DNA of 32,000 nt from Synechococcus elongatus PCC 6301 (GCF_000010065.1 NC_006576.1:690001-722000), one strand, 5' to 3'; counted from the first letter of the stretch, positions 9,524 through 19,163 are shown. Made by a program: numbers and translations. Notes: generated from the sequence alone by a model not told the origin.

Positions 9524-11482
9524 CTAGAAATCGACATCTGGTTCAACAACAGCCTCGCTGGTGTCACTCTCAGACTCGCGATCGCTGACCACTTCGCCAT
9601 TGAAAAACTGTGCCAAACTTCTAGCTGCTTTCAGCCCCGGATCCAGTTCCCAATCGGCTAGCGGGCGGAGTGCTGCGGGCGGTGTTTCAAGCTGAGGCGC
9701 TGGCACAACCTCGGGGGATTTGGATGGGCTGGTAGCGATCGCAACCGGTTTTGATTGTGGAATCGGTGGGGATGGAGCAGGCGGGGGAACTGGTGGAGCG
9801 ACTGCCACTGGCGGCGGCGCGATCGTCGCGATCGCGGGCTGACGGGGGGCTGCTGCGATCGGTTCAGAGGGGGGAGCCGATCGGGGCGTCACGGCAGGTG
9901 AAGCAGGCGATCGCGGCATCTCGATTACAACTGGTGGCGGCGGCAAACTAACGGGATTAGGATCTGTGCCGCTGCTGGACTCCAACTCCACAGCGATCGC
10001 TTGACCCAAAACAGTTTGAAACGCTTCGGCCAGGAGATTGCGCTTACCCTGAACTATCGAGAGCCAGTTGGGCGGCACGCTGACCACAGCTTGACCGGCT
10101 TGGCAGCGCAACAAACGCCCTTGCTGCTGCAACAGCATTTGCGTCCCTCGCGAGGCGATGTTGATTAAAACGCGTTGCCAGAGTTCTTCGAGATTGAGCG
10201 GTTCTGGCGCGGCAGCCGCGATCGCCGGCACTTCTGGCGGGGTGGTTGTTACTGCTGGAGCCACAGGAATCGCAACTGGCGCTACGGCTGCAGGACTGGA
10301 CGGTGTTTCGGCAGGGACTACTGCTGCAGGAATACTCACGGGTCGGGTAACTGGAGCAGCGATCGCCGGCGGTGCAGTCGTTACGGGAGCTTGAGCGCTG
10401 GGCAGCAACCCGAGTAAAGCGACTTCCAGCCAGAGGCGGGGCTGCGTCGTGTTTTTGATCTGGAGTTCAGACTGCCGCAGGTGTTGTTGCAATTGCAGAA
10501 TCTGTTCCGGTGTCCAATCTTCCGCAAAAGTGCAGAGTTCTTGCCAAGTCGCTTCCGTGACCGTGGTTAAGTCGCGGCGCTGGGGAGCCGTCCTAGCAAT
10601 CAGCAGATCGCGACTGAAGGCAGTCAGATTTTGCAGTACCGTCAACGGTTCGCGACCGCGATCGAGCAGTTGCCGAATCAGCGTCAACAGGGCTTCTGGA
10701 TCGTTCGCGGCGATCGCTTCCAGCAGTTGTAGCAGCTGACGTTCCGGCACCGCCCCGAGTAGATCCCAGACGGCTTCCGGTGTGACGGGAGGCGGCAGCA
10801 GTCCTAGTTGATCAAGCAGACTCTCAGCATCGCGCAGACCACCTTGAGCCAGTTGCGCCACCAAGGCGATCGCTGTCGGCTCGATTTCAATGGATTCTTT
10901 CTGGGCAATGACTTGCAGGTGATCTGTCATCGCCTGCAGGGGAATGCGGCGAAAGTCAAAGCGCTGACAACGGGAAATAATCGTCGGCAACACGCGCTGC
11001 GGATCGGTGGTTGCCAGCACAAACACCACGCGATCGGGCGGTTCTTCCAAGGTTTTGAGCAGGGCATTAAAGGCTGCCGTGCTAAGCATGTGACACTCGT
11101 CGATCACGTAGACCTTGAAGCGACACTGCACCGGCGCGAACTGGGCGCGTTCAATCAGCTCACGGATGTTATCGACACCCGTGTTGGATGCTGCATCAAT
11201 CTCAATGACATCCAGCGCGTTGCCCCGTGCGATCGCTCGACAGGCTTCACATTCACCGCAGGGACTTGCCGTAGGCACGGTGCTTTGCTGACAATTCAGC
11301 GATTTCGCCAGAATGCGGGCGCTGGAGGTTTTCCCTGTGCCGCGTGGACCTGTGAATAGATAAGCAGGGGCAATTCGCTGCTGGGCCAGCGCTTGGCTGA
11401 GGGTTCGCGCGATCGCCTCTTGCCCTACCAAATCAGCAAAGCATTGCGGCCGATATTTGTGATGCAGCGGTTCGTAGGCCAT
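9524..11482 (-). CDS. dnaX: DNA polymerase III subunit gamma/tau
   Basis: MAYEPLHHKYRPQCFADLVGQEAIARTLSQAL; Walker A GPRGTGKTSSARI; zinc-binding cysteines CGECEAC; VYVIDECHMLSTAAFNALLKTLEEPP. Long Pro/Ala-rich linker toward the C-terminus. Confidence 0.93.
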   Translation of the reverse strand: MAYEPLHHKYRPQCFADLVGQEAIARTLSQALAQQRIAPAYLFTGPRGTGKTSSARILAKSLNCQQSTVPTASPCGECEACRAIARGNALDVIEIDAASNTGVDNIRELIERAQFAPVQCRFKVYVIDECHMLSTAAFNALLKTLEEPPDRVVFVLATTDPQRVLPTIISRCQRFDFRRIPLQAMTDHLQVIAQKESIEIEPTAIALVAQLAQGGLRDAESLLDQLGLLPPPVTPEAVWDLLGAVPERQLLQLLEAIAANDPEALLTLIRQLLDRGREPLTVLQNLTAFSRDLLIARTAPQRRDLTTVTEATWQELCTFAEDWTPEQILQLQQHLRQSELQIKNTTQPRLWLEVALLGLLPSAQAPVTTAPPAIAAPVTRPVSIPAAVVPAETPSSPAAVAPVAIPVAPAVTTTPPEVPAIAAAAPEPLNLEELWQRVLINIASRGTQMLLQQQGRLLRCQAGQAVVSVPPNWLSIVQGKRNLLAEAFQTVLGQAIAVELESSSGTDPNPVSLPPPPVVIEMPRSPASPAVTPRSAPPSEPIAAAPRQPAIATIAPPPVAVAPPVPPPAPSPPIPQSKPVAIATSPSKSPEVVPAPQLETPPAALRPLADWELDPGLKAARSLAQFFNGEVVSDRESESDTSEAVVEPDVDF

Positions 11483-11557
11483 CGACAACCAGCAGCGCAA
11501 CCAGCAGAGGAGATCAGGCTAGCAGAGCAACACCCGCCCTACTGTTCCTGCTGGGCC

Positions 11558-11809
11558 CTAGGAGGATTGCTCTGGGAAAAAGCGACGACGAACCCAAGAC
11601 CCCACACCGCTGAGGATAGCGCCTGCCATCAAGAGGCCAAGGGCGGGCTGAAACAGCGGCTGCCAGAGCGCCATCCAAAGGTCAAAGCCCAAGGGCCAAT
11701 CAAAGCGACGCCCTAATAGTGCGATCGCAAACCAGCCAAGGGCGGCAATCACGAAGAAGACATTGAAGACGAGCAGGCGGTCGAGCCCTTGCAGTAGACG
11801 TTGCACCAT
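11558..11809 (-). CDS. Small membrane protein of unknown function
   Basis: 83 aa with two hydrophobic segments (LLVFNVFFVIAALGWFAIALLG; ALGLLMAGAILSGVGSWV), between dnaX and a TPR-like gene on the same strand. Confidence 0.6.
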   Translation of the reverse strand: MVQRLLQGLDRLLVFNVFFVIAALGWFAIALLGRRFDWPLGFDLWMALWQPLFQPALGLLMAGAILSGVGSWVRRRFFPEQSS

Positions 11810-11818
11810 CAGACGGGA

Positions 11819-12247
11819 CTAGATGGGGAAGAGCCAGTGCTGGACGCGATCGAGGCTAGGCCAGTTGGGTTTACGCTTCTGACCATCCGCCAGACTTTCG
11901 CGTAGGTCTTGGCGCAGCTCTGCCGACACCGTGATCACCCGCAGGGCAATGTCGATGTGCTGACGCACACCCTTGGTGTCTGTTTCCAGCATCGCTAAAG
12001 CGAGGTTGACCCGTGCTTGCGGATCCTGTGGATTGAGCTTGACTGCCCGTTGGGCGGCTTTCATCGCTTGGCGCGGTTCATCAAGCAGCAAATACAGCCA
12101 AGACAGGCAGGTCCAAGAGGCACTGCTGCGGGGCTGGCGATCGCAGATCGACTGAAATACGGGCACCAAATCTGCTGGCGGTTCACCGGCTTGATAGCGA
12201 TGGATACCGTCTTCAAACAGAGATTCGGGGGTTTCAGTAAAACTCAT
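11819..12247 (-). CDS. TPR-like protein
   Basis: SSWTCLSWLYLLLDEPRQAMKAAQRAVKLNPQDPQARVNLALAMLE reads as TPR helices; 9 bp before the next gene. Confidence 0.65.
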   Translation of the reverse strand: MSFTETPESLFEDGIHRYQAGEPPADLVPVFQSICDRQPRSSASWTCLSWLYLLLDEPRQAMKAAQRAVKLNPQDPQARVNLALAMLETDTKGVRQHIDIALRVITVSAELRQDLRESLADGQKRKPNWPSLDRVQHWLFPI

Positions 12248-12315
12248 GCTGCGATCGCAAGATTCTTCAATTCGATCAGCCTATCGTGTTCTGGGCAGGA
12301 TTCTTCGAGTGGCGA

Positions 12316-12672
12316 CTAAGCCGAGAAGGAGCTACCGCAGCCGCAGGTCTGAGCCGCATTGGGGTTAGTGAACTTGAAGCCACCACCAATCAAAGCGGTG
12401 CTGTAATCCAAGGTCATGCCGTAGATATAGAGAAGGCTTTTAGGATCGCAGACGACGCGGAAACCGTCGTAGTCATAGACTTCATCTTTCTCGTGGATCC
12501 CTTCAGGCGTGATGAAGTCCATGGTGTAGGACATGCCCGAGCAACCACCCTGACGCACGCCTACCCGCAGCAGTAAATCGGTACCCTGCTGGGCTTGCAT
12601 GGCTTGCAACTGTGCCAAGGCAGTTTCACTGATCAAAATGCCTTTCTGAGGGGCAGCCGTTGTTTGCGTCAT
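12316..12672 (-). CDS. sufA: Iron-sulfur cluster assembly accessory protein (IscA/SufA/HesB family)
   Basis: ILISETALAQL; LLLRVGVRQGGCSGMSYTMDF; C-terminal TCGCGSSF: the conserved C...CGC cysteines. Confidence 0.85.
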   Translation of the reverse strand: MTQTTAAPQKGILISETALAQLQAMQAQQGTDLLLRVGVRQGGCSGMSYTMDFITPEGIHEKDEVYDYDGFRVVCDPKSLLYIYGMTLDYSTALIGGGFKFTNPNAAQTCGCGSSFSA

Positions 12673-12794
12673 GTCGTTAGGACTCCTAGCGAACCATTCA
12701 ACCCGTGGATGGCCTGTGTTGCCATTCTACAAAGGCAACCTCGACGCAGGAATGTAGGGTGGGGCTTTCTTGGGATTGGAATAGTGCGGGGGTC

Positions 12795-12820
12795 AGCCTA
12801 AAGCCTCTGAGGTATAGGCT
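12795..12820 (-). terminator. Hairpin downstream of the secreted-protein gene cluster
   Basis: AGCCTA...TAGGCT arms with inner CCTC/GAGG pairing; no strong T-tract. Confidence 0.35.
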
Positions 12821-13527
12821 CATTGATTCGGTTGTGATGGGGCCGGAATGAAGCCAACAGGAATTGGGGGGGCCGTGGGAATGACCTCCTCGCGGAGGGC
12901 AGCAGCAGTGTTGGCAGACGAGGGAATGAACGTGGGGATAGGCGGCGCGATCGGGATCTCGACAGCAGCAGTATTGAGAGAACGGGGAGTCAATCGCCGA
13001 GGGAATTGGCTTTGCGGTGAAGCAGGCGGAGCAGGCATCACAGCGGGCGGCTGCGTTGGAGCAGGTGCCGGGTTTTGAGGATCCTGATAGAAGGGGTTTT
13101 GAGTATTTTGAGGTTGTAAATTCGTGCGCAGGGCTTTTTCTTCCTCAAACTGCTCTTTTTCGCGCTGCAAGCGTAACCGCGCCCGTTCGAGTTCAATGGC
13201 GGCAAATTCGCCGCAGTTAGTGGAGGGCGGCGAGCTCAGCGGCACAACAATGGCGACAAACGCCCCAAAGTTCGGTGTTTGGCTAGTGCTGAAGTTTTGG
13301 ACATTGGTTGAAGACTGACTGGCATCAATGCCATAGAAACCCGCCTGTAGCGAAGTTCGACTATTGATGTTTTGGGAGCAGGTAACCCCGTCAGGTGTAG
13401 TGATCGACTCCTGGGCAGGCGAGTTTTGGAAGTTATTAATCGAGAACGGAACAGACTGTGCCAACACACTTTCTGTCACAGCGAAAAAGCTGCTCACTGC
13501 ACAGAGAATGAACCGCTGCAGCTTCAT
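12820..13527 (-). CDS. Predicted secreted protein with Pro-rich C-terminus and coiled-coil segment, unknown function
   Basis: Signal-peptide-like MKLQRFILCAVSSFFAVTESVLAQ; central ELERARLRLQREKEQFEEEKALR; duplicated NTAA...IPxAPPIPxxFIP motif near the C-terminus. Upstream ORF extension to 13596 is considered unlikely. Confidence 0.6.
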   Translation of the reverse strand: MKLQRFILCAVSSFFAVTESVLAQSVPFSINNFQNSPAQESITTPDGVTCSQNINSRTSLQAGFYGIDASQSSTNVQNFSTSQTPNFGAFVAIVVPLSSPPSTNCGEFAAIELERARLRLQREKEQFEEEKALRTNLQPQNTQNPFYQDPQNPAPAPTQPPAVMPAPPASPQSQFPRRLTPRSLNTAAVEIPIAPPIPTFIPSSANTAAALREEVIPTAPPIPVGFIPAPSQPNQ

Positions 13528-13640
13528 ACTTTGTCCCCACACACCTACAGTCACCCATGACTGCACGCAATTATAGTAACGCGCTGTTTCAAGCAACCTG
13601 GACCGCGTGACGGAGAGTAACTTTTGCTGTGAATCAGGGA

Positions 13641-14099
13641 TTAGTTGCCGGGGCGAGGCGGCTGAGGGGGTGCGGTATTGGGGCGGGTTGGTGTATTAGG
13701 CGTGTTGCTGCCAATTTTGACGAGACTACAGACCCGCTGCGCGATAGTCACGCGATTACCCTGTTGGTCACGAACGGTGGGATTGACAGCAGGCATGGCA
13801 CAGACATAGAAACTGCGCGGTTGGCGGTTAGTGATCGTGGCAGAACCTACCACGCGCCGGACTTGACGAGGTCCTACTCCGATAAGGCGGGTTGCTAGAG
13901 TAGCGTTAGGTTCTAGACGATTACCCGGTCGATCTTTATCAACAACGACTGGGTCTAAGTAGTAGTACCTGAACTGATTATCAAAGTTGCGAACTTCGAA
14001 GAAGAATGAGGTTTCGGGCTGCCTAATGTCACGTCGAATAATCGCGGGAGAAACAGCTTGGGCAAGGAATAACGGCAGCGTGATCAGGAAGAGTGGCAT
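13641..14099 (-). CDS. Predicted secreted protein, unknown function, Pro-rich tail
   Basis: Signal-peptide-like MPLFLITLPLFLAQAVSP; about 152 aa; 16 bp downstream of a spore-coat-U-like gene on the same strand. Confidence 0.55.
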   Translation of the reverse strand: MPLFLITLPLFLAQAVSPAIIRRDIRQPETSFFFEVRNFDNQFRYYYLDPVVVDKDRPGNRLEPNATLATRLIGVGPRQVRRVVGSATITNRQPRSFYVCAMPAVNPTVRDQQGNRVTIAQRVCSLVKIGSNTPNTPTRPNTAPPQPPRPGN

Positions 14100-14115
14100 G
14101 GTGAAAGGAAAAGGT

Positions 14116-14580
14116 TTACAGGGGGCTACAACTCACTCTAAATTGCAGACGATAATCTCCGGCGACAAATCCCCGAGAATTTCGGTTTTTGCCCATCACC
14201 TGCAAGCGAAGCTGACTACTACCAGAGTTAGATAGTGCAATCGTTACATCACTAGTGAGGCTAGCTTGCGACTCCGCATTATTTGCGCCGATAAGTTGGA
14301 ATTGATAACTGATATCAGCATCATTGAGATAGTCAGCTGGAAATACCATGAAGTTAGTAGAACGACTAATTTTTAGCTGAGCAGGCATCCCAGTCGAAAT
14401 GATATCGATCACTGCAATAGTTGACTGAAATGTGGCACTACGATCATCAAAACTTAAGCCCCCACTACTCGGTGAGAGAGTACAACTTGCAGGTTGAGCA
14501 GTCGCCGGAAGTACTACTTGCAAACCACCAATTATGATTAGCACTGGACAAAGCAATGCTTTATGATTGACAGTGGCCAT
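14116..14580 (-). CDS. Spore coat protein U (SCPU)-like secreted protein
   Basis: Signal-peptide-like MATVNHKALLCPVLIIIGGLQVVLPATAQPASC. C-terminal FVAGDYRLQFRVSCSPL fits the SCPU end motif (tAGxYxxxxxVxv). The ORF can extend to a TTG at 14601. Confidence 0.6.
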   Translation of the reverse strand: MATVNHKALLCPVLIIIGGLQVVLPATAQPASCTLSPSSGGLSFDDRSATFQSTIAVIDIISTGMPAQLKISRSTNFMVFPADYLNDADISYQFQLIGANNAESQASLTSDVTIALSNSGSSQLRLQVMGKNRNSRGFVAGDYRLQFRVSCSPL

Positions 14581-14632
14581 AAATAAAGCTGATTGTTGCA
14601 ACTTTGCTTAACTATATTACGCATATATCGAA

Positions 14633-14670
14633 GAAAGCACCTCTACCCAAAGCTAGATAGAAGTGCTTTC
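14633..14670 (-). terminator. Hairpin between two consecutive secreted-protein genes
   Basis: GAAAGCAC (14633-14640) / GTGCTTTC (14663-14670), 8 bp perfect plus 3 further pairs after one mismatch. Confidence 0.4.
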
Positions 14671-14732
14671 TAATATCAGTGATTCATAGTAGCTGTACTG
14701 AGTTCAGTGACCAGATCAACTTACTGGAACTT

Positions 14733-15275
14733 CTAAGGTGTCGGAGCACAAGTCAGTGAGTACTGCAGTGAGAAGTTGACTGGAGTTCCATCTGTATTTG
14801 TCCTTCCAGACAAGAAGCTACCTCCGCCTTGTGGGCCAATAGATCCCCCTAAAGTGAAGTCACTATTAGTCAAAACACCTAGAGGTAAATTAGAGAAAGC
14901 ACCAGAACTTGAATTCAGTGTAGGTGTAGTGTTACCAGTATTATCTGGAATACTTCCGGTCAGCTTATACACTGGGCTCGAATAGGAACTACCTCCACGA
15001 GTAAAGGCTGTCACAGTCCCACTTAGTAGATATAGATTATCTACAGTGGTTGTCACATCAACTGATACGTTAGAAGCCAAATCAAGCTCCCTGGTTGTTG
15101 GATTGTAGATTAAAGAGTCCGCAGGACTAATATTCGCACCCAGAATACAGGAAGGAGTAATATCTCCTTCCAAGGTAATAACGCCATCTGCTTTTGCGGG
15201 TAGAACCGCAGAAAAGGCTAACAGGCTAGCAGCGGCGGAAGCGGTGACGATTCGGGTCAAGAACTGTTTAGACAT
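14733..15275 (-). CDS. Predicted secreted protein, possibly SCPU/fimbrial-fold-like
   Basis: Signal-peptide-like MSKQFLTRIVTASAAASLLAFSAVLPAKA then DGVITLEGDITPSCILG. Thr/Ser-rich beta-type composition, C-terminal VNFSLQYSLTCAP. Good RBS (AGGAG in TCTCCTAAAGAG context) upstream. Confidence 0.5.
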   Translation of the reverse strand: MSKQFLTRIVTASAAASLLAFSAVLPAKADGVITLEGDITPSCILGANISPADSLIYNPTTRELDLASNVSVDVTTTVDNLYLLSGTVTAFTRGGSSYSSPVYKLTGSIPDNTGNTTPTLNSSSGAFSNLPLGVLTNSDFTLGGSIGPQGGGSFLSGRTNTDGTPVNFSLQYSLTCAPTP

Positions 15276-15643
15276 GGCTCACTCTCACTCTCTTTAGGAG
15301 AACTTATTCGCCCCGGAAGTTTGAGGGAGAGCTCGGTCTTCTTTGCTCTTTCTCTTGGCTTCCTTAACTACAGTATGGAGCAAATCTAAAGACACGAATG
15401 CCGGAATGTGCAACTCGCAACATATTTTCGTATTAGCCGTTACAGTTTCGTCACTCTACGAGCTTCGGTTTTTTATCTTTCGTTCAAAATCGTCTCAAAG
15501 CCTTGTCCCAGCTAACTTTTTGTCTTTGACTGGGCTGCCAACTCTAATAATAGTTTTTCACTCTTGAGAACTCGTGATAGAGCTTTTTCAATCCTCAAAA
15601 AAAGACGATATAGAAACCTCTATTCCTTACAGGCCACAAAAAA

Positions 15644-15659
15644 GGGGCGATCGCCCCTG
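15644..15659 (-). terminator. HIP1-centred terminator
   Basis: Perfect 16-nt palindrome AGGGGCGATCGCCCCT, followed on the minus strand by TTTTTT; downstream of the 15705-16319 gene. Confidence 0.7.
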
Positions 15660-15704
15660 GACTGCCCCTCCTTCATGCTGCTGTTGTGCTCAGGCTTGGG
15701 TTCC

Positions 15705-16319
15705 CTAGGGTGTCCCTGTCGGGCCGATGATGCCCGTTGCACCACCCGCCGTTGGCGAAATGGTCACGGTCAACCGCAGCGTGTAGTTACCGGCTGTAAA
15801 CGGCTGCGACTGGGGATTCTGGGGCAACGCCTTCGACTGGATCTCCACCGTTGTTTCGCCTGAGTTGGCCAGCGGAAACTGGGTTGGAATTTGCAGATCA
15901 CTCGATGTCGAGGCGGTGTTTGCTCCTGACAGCGCATAGCGATAGAAGAAGGTTGCGGCGCCGGTAAAAGTTTCAGGTTTCGTTGTAAATGAGGCTGGCG
16001 GGGTAATCGTCACCAGCCAAGTTGAGGGGTTGTTGACATTCACCACCACCCGCGCCGGACTTCCATAGTTAAAGAAACCGCCCGTTTGGCTATCGATCGT
16101 GTAAGTCATCGTGCCATCTGTGACACTGCGGATCTCCCCTGTTGGATCGACTGTGCCACTGAATTCAACGGTTGTTGTCTGAGTCTGGGCTACAGCCGGT
16201 GGAGCCATTGCAAGCAGACTTGCTGCTACGGCAACGCCTCCGCTGGCCATGAGCCACCGCGAAGCTGGTTTGATCGATCGACGCTTCTCTGCAAAAGACA
16301 CTGCGACTACTCCCGCCAA
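15705..16319 (-). CDS. Spore coat protein U (SCPU)-like secreted protein
   Basis: Signal-like MASGGVAVAASLLAMAPPAVAQ; TTTVEFSGTVDPTGEIRS; C-terminal PFTAGNYTLRLTVTISP matches the SCPU domain end. Precise start uncertain. Confidence 0.65.
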   Translation of the reverse strand: MAGVVAVSFAEKRRSIKPASRWLMASGGVAVAASLLAMAPPAVAQTQTTTVEFSGTVDPTGEIRSVTDGTMTYTIDSQTGGFFNYGSPARVVVNVNNPSTWLVTITPPASFTTKPETFTGAATFFYRYALSGANTASTSSDLQIPTQFPLANSGETTVEIQSKALPQNPQSQPFTAGNYTLRLTVTISPTAGGATGIIGPTGTP

Positions 16320-16521
16320 ACTTGCAGCGCCGTACGCTGTTTCTCCATCCTATCGACGGATTTCTGGGAAGGCCGCAGCGATCGCTGCTTCAACAGAGGC
16401 CACGGTAACGAATCCTGCAATCTGCAAGGTAGGTTGAGAATAAAATCTGAAGTCTGGCTGTAGGCAATCTTGCCGAGTCAGCTTGGGATCTTTGAGAGTG
16501 ACGACGCAGGAGACGATCGCA

Positions 16522-19107
16522 ATGTTGGAAGCCTACCGCCAAGCCGCCGCTGAGCGCGAAGCCTTGGGGGTTCCGCCGCTGCCGCTGGATGCGGACCAAA
16601 CAGCAGCCCTGTGTGAGCTCTTGCAAGCCCCGCCTGTGGGTGAGGAAGCGACGCTACTCCATCTGTTGCGCGATCGCGTGCCCCCAGGGGTTGACCAGGC
16701 TGCCTACGTCAAAGCAACCTTTCTCAGTGCGATCGCCCACGGTGAAACCACCAGTCCGCTGATCATGCCGGTCGAGGCAGTTGAACTGCTGGGCACGATG
16801 ATCGGCGGTTACAACGTCGCCGCGCTGATTGATCTACTTAAGAGTGCAGATGTGGCGATCGCTACGGCCGCCGTTGCCGCTCTCAGCAAAACCCTGCTGG
16901 TTTACGACGCTTATAACGACGTTGTCGCACTGGCTGAAACCAATGCCTACGCCCAACAAGTCCTAGAGTCTTGGGCAAAGGCCGAGTGGTTCACCAGCAA
17001 ACCCACTCTGCCGGAAGCGATCACCGTCACGATCTTCAAAGTGCCGGGCGAAACCAACACCGACGATCTCTCGCCGGCCACTCACGCCACCACCCGCCCT
17101 GACATTCCGCTCCATGCCCAAGCGATGCTGGAAACGCGGCTGCCCGGTTCCCTCGAAACCATTCCGGTGCTGAAAGAGAAAGGGTATCCTCTCGCCTACG
17201 TTGGCGATGTGGTCGGCACCGGCTCTTCGCGGAAATCCGCGATTAACTCGGTTCTCTGGCACATCGGCGAAGACATCCCCTTCGTGCCCAACAAGCGCAG
17301 CGGTGGCATTATCCTCGGCGGCAAAATCGCCCCGATCTTCTTCAACACCGCCGAAGACTCGGGCGCACTGCCAATCGAATGCGATGTCAGCGCCCTCGAC
17401 ACTGGCATGGTCGTTACTATTTATCCCTACGAAGGCGTCATTAAAGATGAGGCAGGCACTGTCCTCTCAACCTTTAGCCTCAAGCCCGACACAATTCTGG
17501 ATGAAGTGCGGGCGGGTGGCCGGATTCCCCTGCTGATCGGGCGATCGCTCACGGATAAAGTGCGATCGCAGCTCGGTCTACCCGTCAGCGACGTTTTTGT
17601 GCGTCCGCAACCGCCCGCGGATACCGGCAAAGGCTTCACGCTGGCGCAAAAAATGGTCGGTCGCGCCTGCGGTCTTCCCGGCGTGCGTCCCGGCACGAGT
17701 TGTGAACCAATCATGACCACTGTTGGTAGCCAAGACACCACGGGGCCGATGACACGAGACGAGATGAAGGAGCTAGCTTGCCTCGGCTTCAGCGCCGACT
17801 TGGTAATGCAGAGCTTCTGTCACACAGCCGCCTATCCCAAGCCTGTTGACATCAAAACCCACAAAACCCTGCCGGACTTCATTGCCCAGCGTGGGGGGGT
17901 CGCCCTCAAACCGGGGGATGGCATCATTCACAGCTGGCTCAATCGCATGCTACTGCCCGACACCGTCGGCACCGGCGGCGATAGCCATACCCGCTTCCCG
18001 CTAGGGATTTCCTTCCCGGCTGGTTCCGGTCTGGTAGCGTTTGCAGCTGCGATCGGGGCGATGCCACTGGATATGCCAGAATCCGTGCTCGTGCGCTTCA
18101 CGGGTTCACTGCAACCCGGCATCACGCTGCGGGATGTGGTCAATGCCATTCCTTATCAAGCAATCCAGCAAGGGCTGCTGACTGTCTCTAAAGAAAATAA
18201 AGTCAACGTCTTCTCCGGCCGGATCATGGAGATTGAGGGACTCCCAGATCTGAAGCTCGAGCAAGCTTTCGAGCTAACCGATGCCACAGCGGAGCGTTCC
18301 TGCGCTGGCAGCACGATCAAACTCAGCGAGGATACTGTCGCCGAATACCTGCGATCGAATGTGGCGCTGATGAAGAACATGATCGCCCGCGGCTACGAAG
18401 ACAGCCGCACCTTGGCACGTCGCATCCGTCAGATGGAAGATTGGCTGGCCAATCCACAGCTGCTCTCGGCCGATGAAGACGCCGAATATGCAGCCGTGAT
18501 CGAGATCAATCTCGATGAGTTGACTGAGCCGATTCTGGCTTGCCCGAACGATCCGGATAACGTCAAAAAGTTGTCAGAAGTGGCTGGCGATCCCATCCAC
18601 GAAATCTTCATTGGCTCCTGTATGACCAACATTGGCCACTATCGCGCTGCGGCCAAAGTGCTGGAAGGTGAAGGCCAAGTGGGCGGTCGCCTCTGGATTT
18701 GCCCACCGACCCGGATGGATGAAGACCGGCTCAAGGAAGAAGGCTACTACAGCACCTTCGCAGCGGCTGGTGCTCGCTTGGAAGTGCCGGGTTGTTCGCT
18801 CTGCATGGGTAACCAAGCTCGTGTTGCCGATAACACCACGGTCTTCTCGACCAGCACCCGCAACTTCAACAACCGTATGGGCAAGGGTGCTCAGGTCTAT
18901 TTAGGATCGGCGGAATTGGCGGCAGTCTGTGCACTCTTGGGCCGCATTCCCACACTCGAGGAGTACTTGAAGGTGGCAGCTGAGAAGATTAATCCCTTTG
19001 CAGCTGATCTGTATCAGTACCTCAACTTCGACCAACTAGAAGGTTTTGCTGAGGAAGGTCGCGTTAAATCGACTGAAGAAGTCGATCGCATTTTGACCAC
19101 TGTGTAG
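16522..19107 (+). CDS. acnB: Aconitate hydratase B
   Basis: [23 protein letters not shown]-terminus; [19 protein letters not shown]; [25 protein letters not shown]; [19 protein letters not shown]; [13 protein letters not shown]. An upstream TTG start at 16483 is possible. Confidence 0.95.
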   Translation: MLEAYRQAAAEREALGVPPLPLDADQTAALCELLQAPPVGEEATLLHLLRDRVPPGVDQAAYVKATFLSAIAHGETTSPLIMPVEAVELLGTMIGGYNVAALIDLLKSADVAIATAAVAALSKTLLVYDAYNDVVALAETNAYAQQVLESWAKAEWFTSKPTLPEAITVTIFKVPGETNTDDLSPATHATTRPDIPLHAQAMLETRLPGSLETIPVLKEKGYPLAYVGDVVGTGSSRKSAINSVLWHIGEDIPFVPNKRSGGIILGGKIAPIFFNTAEDSGALPIECDVSALDTGMVVTIYPYEGVIKDEAGTVLSTFSLKPDTILDEVRAGGRIPLLIGRSLTDKVRSQLGLPVSDVFVRPQPPADTGKGFTLAQKMVGRACGLPGVRPGTSCEPIMTTVGSQDTTGPMTRDEMKELACLGFSADLVMQSFCHTAAYPKPVDIKTHKTLPDFIAQRGGVALKPGDGIIHSWLNRMLLPDTVGTGGDSHTRFPLGISFPAGSGLVAFAAAIGAMPLDMPESVLVRFTGSLQPGITLRDVVNAIPYQAIQQGLLTVSKENKVNVFSGRIMEIEGLPDLKLEQAFELTDATAERSCAGSTIKLSEDTVAEYLRSNVALMKNMIARGYEDSRTLARRIRQMEDWLANPQLLSADEDAEYAAVIEINLDELTEPILACPNDPDNVKKLSEVAGDPIHEIFIGSCMTNIGHYRAAAKVLEGEGQVGGRLWICPPTRMDEDRLKEEGYYSTFAAAGARLEVPGCSLCMGNQARVADNTTVFSTSTRNFNNRMGKGAQVYLGSAELAAVCALLGRIPTLEEYLKVAAEKINPFAADLYQYLNFDQLEGFAEEGRVKSTEEVDRILTTV

Positions 19108-19127
19108 AGACCGCTAAATTGTCGGTC

Positions 19128-19163
19128 AACCTCCGGGGGCGATCGCTCTCGGAGGTTTTTTGT
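19128..19163 (+). terminator. Intrinsic terminator of acnB with HIP1 in the loop
   Basis: AACCTCCG (19128-19135) / CGGAGGTT (19150-19157) followed by TTTT; loop GGGGCGATCGCTCT contains GCGATCGC. Confidence 0.8.

Noticed and set aside
10808-11359. 183-aa plus-strand ORF inside dnaX
   Set aside because: Fully antisense to the conserved AAA+ core of dnaX; no domain signature.
9524-11482. Possible intein in dnaX
   Set aside because: Some cyanobacterial dnaX genes carry inteins, but here the Walker A to DECH region is contiguous with no insertion.
15343-15567. 74-aa ORF upstream of the 14733-15275 gene
   Set aside because: Lies in an AT-rich intergenic region probably holding the promoter of the divergent/minus-strand gene; no RBS or domain.
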